Shown here: positions 58,099-64,000 of the stretch, piece after piece
How positions within the stretch are numbered: the first letter of the stretch is position 1
How the letters are laid out: each line of letters starts with the position of its first letter
DNA from: Thermoplasmata archaeon
GTDB lineage: Archaea > Thermoplasmatota > Thermoplasmata > UBA10834 > DTMW01
NCBI GenBank assembly: GCA_038852105.1
Contig: JAWCKK010000002.1
Coordinates: forward strand, 42,621 to 106,620
DNA length: 64,000 nucleotides
Direction of reading: 5' to 3'
The notes under the pieces: generated by a model
What the model was told of the DNA's origin: nothing
Seen by the model: only the letters and a program-made list of their open reading frames with translations
Databases searched by the model: none
Translations under genes and position numbers: made by a program

Positions 58099-60848
58099 TC
58101 CCAGAATCGCTTGGTTCTCGCGTATTGTATTTCGGCCGCGAGGACGTCTCTGAGAAAATCCTCTTCGGTGAGCTGAGGCCGCTGCAGGATTCTTGCGGCG
58201 GTATCAGGGCCCACCCCTCTCGCGACCAATGCGAGGACCGCCTTCTTCCCGTTCGCCATCACGAGGCTCGCGGACTTGTACAATCGCTTTATGGCCGCTT
58301 CTTCCTGTGCACCTCTCCTGCCTTTCTTCAGGGATGCGAGATCGTCCTTTGCGTACGGCCTCACGACAGCCAGCATCACGCCCCCGCAGTTATGACAGGA
58401 TATCCCTTTCTCGGGCAGAGCTCTCACGGCGGTTCTCCTCTCGGCACCGCATTTCAGACAGTGCAGTATCACCTTCTCCTCCAATAGTCTGTTCTTCAAC
58501 GCCATGAGTATCGACCTGTCCGCCGTCCTGGGCATCATGAGTTCCCTTTGCTCCTGCATCAGCTCCGTGCCGAGCGGGGACACATTGCCGGAAGATATCG
58601 CGATCTTGTTGGCCTGAATATTGGCCAATACATCCTTGGTCGTATCGATGTCCAGCTCCTCGAACAACGTCCTGTTCAACGCTTCTTCGAAAACTATGGT
58701 GCCTTCGAATATCTCCATTATCTTCCCAAGATTCACGGTCTTGTAATCCGCCCCCTTCTCTATCACCCCGAATTTCTTGGCGACGTGCAAGAAATGCCAT
58801 TTGAATATCCCAGAGGATTTCACCGTGAGCCTCAATAAGGGCTCCAACGCTTCAGGCTTAGTATCCCTCAGGATCTTCTCTACATCCTTCGCCCCAATAT
58901 TCACGGGCAACCTGAGTATCACAGAGTAGGCGTTGCTCTCAATCCCGATGCTCTCCCCCAGCCTTGCGGAAATCAAGCTTCCGACGAGTTTCGCGATTGT
59001 CGCATTCACCTTTGTTCCAAAGCACGCGTGCATTATCACGAGTCTATCGCCGGTCTCGATTCTTATCTCCCTGTCGTTCGGTATGGGAAATCCCTTTTTC
59101 TTGTGTCGCTGGGAGAACTGCTCGCACTCGGCGATGGCGTTCTTGTCCATCGGATATCTTTTGAATTCCTCAGACGCCCTCAGCGCGCCGACCTCTTGTG
59201 CGATTGAGAACGGTATAGGAATTTCCTCTCCTATCCAAGAAGGCGGTGCGGCGATCTCCTTGATTTCTTCCACAAGTATCTCGTCCTCCTTGACTTCGAC
59301 AACCTGCCAGGCCCTTCCTCTCGCCACAAATGTAGAATACGGTTCTAGCGAAGTCGCGACGAAGCTTTCGTCGAGCGTCCCTATGATTCCCCTCGATGAT
59401 ATCTCCCTTATCCTGAAGGTCTTCTCGTCGGGAATCATCGATATGTTGTCGAAGAAATAGCTCATAGTCTTCCGAGTCTTCCTGACCTTGTCCTCCTGTT
59501 GCGATATCATCCCGATTCTCTTCATGGCCTCGATGACGTCGTCGAATCGCCCTCTCTCGAGGCTCCTGAACGGGTATGCTCTCCTGATTGTTCTGTAGGC
59601 GATGCCCGGTTCGAAGGAGCCCGAGGTCATCGCCATTGCCGCGATCTGGTTCGACAGCACCGCCAGCGGTTCGCTACGTATCCTGAACCGCTCCAGCTCG
59701 CCGTTCATTGCCTTCCTGCAGATTACCGCGCTCTCAAGGATGTCTACATAATCGGTCGCGATTACCCGCCCGACGGATTTTTCGCCGATCCTATGGCCAG
59801 ACCTTCCGACCCTCTGAGTGATTCTGGTAACCTGTCTCGGAGAATTGAACTGAATGGTGAAGTCCGCAGAGCCGATGTCAATGCCCAACTCGAGGGACGA
59901 CGTGCATATGAGTGCTCTCAGCCGTTCCTTCTTGAAATCGTCCTCCATCTGCATCCTGACGTCCTTCGACAACGAGCCATGGTGCACCCCGATCGGAAAC
60001 CTCTCGTCCCAGATGCGATACCTTACTCCCAGGGCTTCTGCGGTATCCCTCGTGTTCACGAAGAAGAGCGTGGACCGATGTTGCTCGATTAGTTCCCTCG
60101 CCCTTTTCATGCACGCGACGTGTTTCGCGTCTGTATGAAGCGCGCTTGCCAGATTCTCATCGGCATCCGTAGGGATCGGGCTCTCAACCTCGAGCTCTAT
60201 TTCCTTTATCGGCGATACCTTGACGATCCTGACATTCCTGCCGGCTCCTACGAGGAACGCTCCTATGGTTTCCGGGTCGCCGACAGTCGCGGAAATGCCG
60301 ATCCTCTGGAATTCCCCGGCGATGTCAGCGAGCCTCTCAAGCCCGACTGCCAGCTGCGCGCCCCGCTCGTCCTCTGCCAGCTCATGTATTTCGTCAATCA
60401 CTACCCACTTCACATTCTTCAGATGCGATCTCAGGCGCTGTCCGAGGAAGAGTATCTGGAATGTCTCGGGTGTTGTGATCAGAATCTGGGGTGGCGTTCT
60501 CGACTGCTTCTGCCTTTCGGCCTGCGCGGTGTCCCCGTGACGCACGCCGATGGTTATCCCCAATCTATTGCCGAATTCCGTGAGCCGACGCATCATGTCG
60601 CGGTTCAAAGCCCGAAGAGGTGTCACGTACAGGCACGCGATTCCCTTCGGTTTCTCGACGGCTATCCTCTCTAATATCGGAATCATCGCGGCCTCGGTTT
60701 TTCCTATGCCGGTCGGCGCGATTAGCAGGACGTGCTTCCCGCTCAGGATCTCGGGTATCGCGGCTTCCTGAATCTCCGTCGGTCTTTCGATTCCTAGCTC
60801 GCCGAGTATCTTCAGCAGCTCTTCGTGCTTCACATGGAATCTTGACAC
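58095..60848 (-). CDS. lhr: Lhr-family helicase with a C-terminal Cys4 zinc finger (archaeal Lhr type)
   Basis: APTGIGKT, TPLRALNRD, TTPETFQ, DEIHE, HHGSL, SLELGID, QRVGRSGH; CLKC...CHNC; RGVGPDTAARIL. Confidence 0.92.
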   Translation of the reverse strand: MSRFHVKHEELLKILGELGIERPTEIQEAAIPEILSGKHVLLIAPTGIGKTEAAMIPILERIAVEKPKGIACLYVTPLRALNRDMMRRLTEFGNRLGITIGVRHGDTAQAERQKQSRTPPQILITTPETFQILFLGQRLRSHLKNVKWVVIDEIHELAEDERGAQLAVGLERLADIAGEFQRIGISATVGDPETIGAFLVGAGRNVRIVKVSPIKEIELEVESPIPTDADENLASALHTDAKHVACMKRARELIEQHRSTLFFVNTRDTAEALGVRYRIWDERFPIGVHHGSLSKDVRMQMEDDFKKERLRALICTSSLELGIDIGSADFTIQFNSPRQVTRITQRVGRSGHRIGEKSVGRVIATDYVDILESAVICRKAMNGELERFRIRSEPLAVLSNQIAAMAMTSGSFEPGIAYRTIRRAYPFRSLERGRFDDVIEAMKRIGMISQQEDKVRKTRKTMSYFFDNISMIPDEKTFRIREISSRGIIGTLDESFVATSLEPYSTFVARGRAWQVVEVKEDEILVEEIKEIAAPPSWIGEEIPIPFSIAQEVGALRASEEFKRYPMDKNAIAECEQFSQRHKKKGFPIPNDREIRIETGDRLVIMHACFGTKVNATIAKLVGSLISARLGESIGIESNAYSVILRLPVNIGAKDVEKILRDTKPEALEPLLRLTVKSSGIFKWHFLHVAKKFGVIEKGADYKTVNLGKIMEIFEGTIVFEEALNRTLFEELDIDTTKDVLANIQANKIAISSGNVSPLGTELMQEQRELMMPRTADRSILMALKNRLLEEKVILHCLKCGAERRTAVRALPEKGISCHNCGGVMLAVVRPYAKDDLASLKKGRRGAQEEAAIKRLYKSASLVMANGKKAVLALVARGVGPDTAARILQRPQLTEEDFLRDVLAAEIQYARTKRFWD

Positions 60849-60967
60849 GATTGGGGCTAGCTCGTATTAGCGATAAAAAGACAATTGTCAAGCGAGCAAT
60901 TCACTGTCGAGGGAAAAGATCGAAAATAATAAGGGGTTTGACGAGGCCGCAACCGAAGGCATCTGGC

Positions 60968-62218
60968 CTACGGGAATATTCCCCTGAGCTTGATTGCCTC
61001 TGCGACCCTGTTGACAGCCAGGCAGTATGCAGCCTTTCTGTTGTTGACCTTGTACTTCTTGGCCTGCTCCATCACCTGGTAGAAGGCGTTGACCATTATG
61101 TTGTTCAGCTGCTTGTTGACGTCTTCCTCGGACCAGAAGTAGTTCTGGAGTCCCTGCACCCACTCGAAGTACGAGACAGTCACTCCGCCGGCATTTGCCA
61201 GGACGTCAGGGCAGACGAACACGCCATTGTTGTAAAGAATCTCGTCAGCTTCGGGCGTTGTCGGGCCGTTCGCTCCCTCTGAGGTAATCTTTGCCTTTAT
61301 CTTGTCCGCGTTCTTCTTCGTAATCGCGTTCTCCAGGCCACTCGGCGATAGCACGTCGACCTCGAGCTCGAGTATCTCCTCGTTCGTTATGTTCTCGGCG
61401 CCCTTGAAGTCCTTGACAGCTCCAGTCTCTTCTTTCCACTTCATAACGGCGGGTATATCGAGCCCCTTAGGGTTGTATATGCCTCCCTTGGAGTCGCTGA
61501 CGGCGACGACCTTCATGCCCTGATCCTGCATCAGCTTCGCCCCGATTCCGCCGACGTTTCCGAATCCCTGGACCGCGGCCGTTGCGCCCTTGATCGGCAT
61601 CTTCTTGTACTTCAGTGCCTCGCAGGCGATAATCTGCACTCCTCGGCCTGTTGCTTCAGTTCTGCCCTTCGAGCCTCCAAGCGAGAGCGGTTTTCCGGTA
61701 ACAACTCCGAGGGTCGTATAGCCCCTGACCATGCTGTAGGTGTCCATTATCCAGGCCATCGTCTGCGGGTTCGTATAGACGTCGGGGGCGGGTATGTCGC
61801 TCTCAGGACCGATAATCGGGGATATCGCGAAGGCGTATCTCCGCGTCATCCTCTCGAGTTCTCCCGGGGACATCTTTTTCGGATCGCAGGTTATGCCGCC
61901 CTTTCCGCCTCCGAGGGGGATTCCTACGACTGCGCACTTCCAGGTCATCCACATGGACAAAGCCTTGACTTCATCCAGCGTGACGCCCGGGTGGTATCTG
62001 ATGCCTCCCTTCCAGGGGCCGAGCGCGTTGCAGTGCTGCGACCTATATCCCTGAAAGACCTTTATCGATCCATCGTCCATTCTCACCGGCACTTGGACCG
62101 TAAGCACTCTCTGCGGTATTTTCAGCATCTCGAAAATGCCCTTGTCAAGATTGATTATCTTGGCGACATTCTCGAGCTGCTCAACTGCGATTTGATATGG
62201 GTTCAGTGTTTCTGCCAT
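60968..62218 (-). CDS. gdhA: Glutamate dehydrogenase (Glu/Leu/Phe/Val dehydrogenase family)
   Basis: GPWKGGIRYHP, MTWKCA, GGGKGG, DIPAPDVYT, VTGKP..LGGS.GR..ATG.G, GFGNVG, EGANGPTT, NAGGV.VSYFEWVQ. Confidence 0.93.
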   Translation of the reverse strand: MAETLNPYQIAVEQLENVAKIINLDKGIFEMLKIPQRVLTVQVPVRMDDGSIKVFQGYRSQHCNALGPWKGGIRYHPGVTLDEVKALSMWMTWKCAVVGIPLGGGKGGITCDPKKMSPGELERMTRRYAFAISPIIGPESDIPAPDVYTNPQTMAWIMDTYSMVRGYTTLGVVTGKPLSLGGSKGRTEATGRGVQIIACEALKYKKMPIKGATAAVQGFGNVGGIGAKLMQDQGMKVVAVSDSKGGIYNPKGLDIPAVMKWKEETGAVKDFKGAENITNEEILELEVDVLSPSGLENAITKKNADKIKAKITSEGANGPTTPEADEILYNNGVFVCPDVLANAGGVTVSYFEWVQGLQNYFWSEEDVNKQLNNIMVNAFYQVMEQAKKYKVNNRKAAYCLAVNRVAEAIKLRGIFP

Positions 62219-62417
62219 TCAAAATCACCTTTTTGGGCGATTTGCAAAGTGCGCATGCAACGATTCGTTATAACTCTTTCCATGAATCCACAGCCTTGTT
62301 TGGGAAGAATTCCTATATATAAGCCACAATATCCAATAATTACAAGATTCCGATGAAATCAATTCAGCCTTGAAATAAAATATTTTTCAATATGTATTAA
62401 ATGAGGATTGCGATTGA

Positions 62418-62441
62418 TTGCGAAAAATCTTGCGAAAAATC
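62418..62441. repeat. Tandem 12-bp direct repeat in the AT-rich gdhA-aminotransferase spacer
   Basis: TTGCGAAAAATC twice head-to-tail; a related inverted copy AATTTTCGCA lies at about 62458-62467. Confidence 0.6.
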
Positions 62442-62547
62442 ATCATCTCTTTCAACAATTTTCGCAGAAATGCATTTCATTGCTAAAAGGGTCAGGCGAA
62501 TCTATCGTTTCTTCGTATTGCCGTCGATTTCGTATTCAGTATTCCGT

Positions 62548-63933
62548 TCATTTTTTCGCAAGCACTCTGAAGCATTCTTCTGCGATTTGCAGTGCAATGT
62601 CGACATCTTCTTTCGTGTGCGCGGCGGATAGGAACAGTTTCTCTCCTTTCGGATGTCCGAACAGTACTCCGCGCTTCACGCCCTCCATGGCCCATTTGAA
62701 GACGAGATCCCAGTTCGCAGTGTGCGTATCTCTCACATCGACGACCTTTGTGTCTTTGAAGTAGATGAACCCCATTGATCCGATGTGGCTGACCTGCGAC
62801 TTGAAGCCGAGGTCGGCAGTAATCTCTGCGAGCCCTTTGAAGAGCTCATCAGAAAGGCGATTCATCCGCGAGTAGAACCTTCCCTGCTTGTAAATTTTGA
62901 GAGCCGCAATCGATGCTGCCATCCCCGCGGGATGTGCGTTGTAAGTGCCGCCGTGGAACGTGCTCCAGGGCCATTTCCCGTAGTTCGGAACCACGCTTTC
63001 CATGATATCCCTTCGGCCTCCGAACGCGGCGACGGGCATTCCTCCGCCGAGCGCCTTTCCGAGGCATGTCATGTCCGGCTTCAGACCGTAGATCTGCTGC
63101 GCGCCTCCCGGGGCCAGCCTGAAGCCGGTCACGACCTCATCAAGTATGAATAGGATATCGTTCTCCTTGCATATCTTGGCGGTCTCCTGAAGATAATTGT
63201 CTCTGGGCAGGAGACAGCCGGCGTTCCCCATCACCGGTTCCATTATGAGTGCCGCGAGGTCCTTCGCGTTCTTCCTGAGTATCTCCTCCGTTCCTTCGAG
63301 ATCGTTGTAGATGATCGGAACGAGCAGGTCCGCGTACGCTTTTGGGATTCCTTTCGAGAACGAACAAGGCTTCGGGTTCTTCTTGCTGCCCAACAGCTCA
63401 TCCGGCCCCCAGATGCTCCAGAGAACTTGATCGTGGACCCCGTGATATCCGCCCTCGGACTTCGCTATCTTGTCCTTCCCTGTGAATCCGCGCGCGACCC
63501 TTATCGCGTGCATCGTCGCCTCCGTCCCGCTGTTTGCGAACCTCAGCATCTGCATGCTCGGGAAGAGCTCGTTGACGAGCCGTGCGGCCTCAACGACCCT
63601 CTCGGTCGGCAGCGCGAAAGTCATCCCTTTTTCTATCTGCTCCGCGACGGCCCTTCTGATCGCGGGATGGTTGTGGCCCAATAGAATGACTCCCTGGCTG
63701 AGCAAGAAATCGAGGTATTCGTTGCCGTCGATATCCCAGACCCTTGAGCCCTCTCCTCTCGAAATGTAGAAAGGATATGGGTCGACGACCCTGAAATTGC
63801 TCTCCACTCCTCGCGGGAGCAGCCTGCTCGCTTCCTCGTACAATTTCTTGGACTTCTTCGTCGCGTCCTCATATTCTCGGAGCTGGCCGATTTTATAGCC
63901 CGAGCGCTTGATGCCTCTCTTCCTGTTTGCCAT
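62548..63933 (-). CDS. Class III PLP-dependent aminotransferase (glutamate-1-semialdehyde aminomutase-like)
   Basis: GSRVWDIDGNEYLD, LLGHNHP, RFANSGTEAT, GGYHG, MEPVMGN, DEVVTGFR, GKALGGGMP (PLP Lys), GTYNAHP. Substrate not assignable from the sequence. Confidence 0.88.
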   Translation of the reverse strand: MANRKRGIKRSGYKIGQLREYEDATKKSKKLYEEASRLLPRGVESNFRVVDPYPFYISRGEGSRVWDIDGNEYLDFLLSQGVILLGHNHPAIRRAVAEQIEKGMTFALPTERVVEAARLVNELFPSMQMLRFANSGTEATMHAIRVARGFTGKDKIAKSEGGYHGVHDQVLWSIWGPDELLGSKKNPKPCSFSKGIPKAYADLLVPIIYNDLEGTEEILRKNAKDLAALIMEPVMGNAGCLLPRDNYLQETAKICKENDILFILDEVVTGFRLAPGGAQQIYGLKPDMTCLGKALGGGMPVAAFGGRRDIMESVVPNYGKWPWSTFHGGTYNAHPAGMAASIAALKIYKQGRFYSRMNRLSDELFKGLAEITADLGFKSQVSHIGSMGFIYFKDTKVVDVRDTHTANWDLVFKWAMEGVKRGVLFGHPKGEKLFLSAAHTKEDVDIALQIAEECFRVLAKK

Positions 63934-64000
63934 TGCTTGCCCAGCATCCCCTGAATCTGTTGCCTATCGAAAAACCTTCTGCAGGAAGATAGAAAAAGCT

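Overview
Archaeal chromosomal window, most likely from a Thermoplasmata-like lineage (inferred from the gene repertoire: MCM, Tsr3, NMD3, DUF424, DUF531, archaeal pilins, bacterial-type gyrase, AGGTGA/GGAGG ribosome-binding sites and BRE-TATA-like promoters). Housekeeping genes are mcm, tsr3, nmd3, a two-subunit fumarate hydratase, two Lhr helicases, thiC, gyrB-gyrA, SSB, purM, rlmE, glutamate dehydrogenase, a class III aminotransferase, an ABC-2 exporter, an ion transporter, tRNA-Thr(CGT) with a D-loop intron and tRNA-Phe(GAA). The most unusual element is a 725-aa protein (17144-19321, minus strand). It carries a clear bacterial DnaA AAA+ domain without the DNA-binding domain IV, set between an N-terminal DUF2226-like domain, a coiled coil and zinc ribbon, and a C-terminal KaiC-like DUF835 domain. 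It lies in a ~28 kb stretch (15.1-43.5 kb) where six proteins share the same CxxC-x9/10-CxxC zinc ribbon (11 copies). That stretch also holds two further KaiC-like ATPase domains (one apparently active, one degenerate), a 1517-aa CARDB surface protein with cytoplasmic zinc ribbons, and a type IV pilus operon with two ATPases. These may form an undescribed signalling or scaffolding network, but that link is inference. No CRISPR array, rRNA, transposase or integrase was seen. All domain calls come from motif recognition by eye; no database searches were run.
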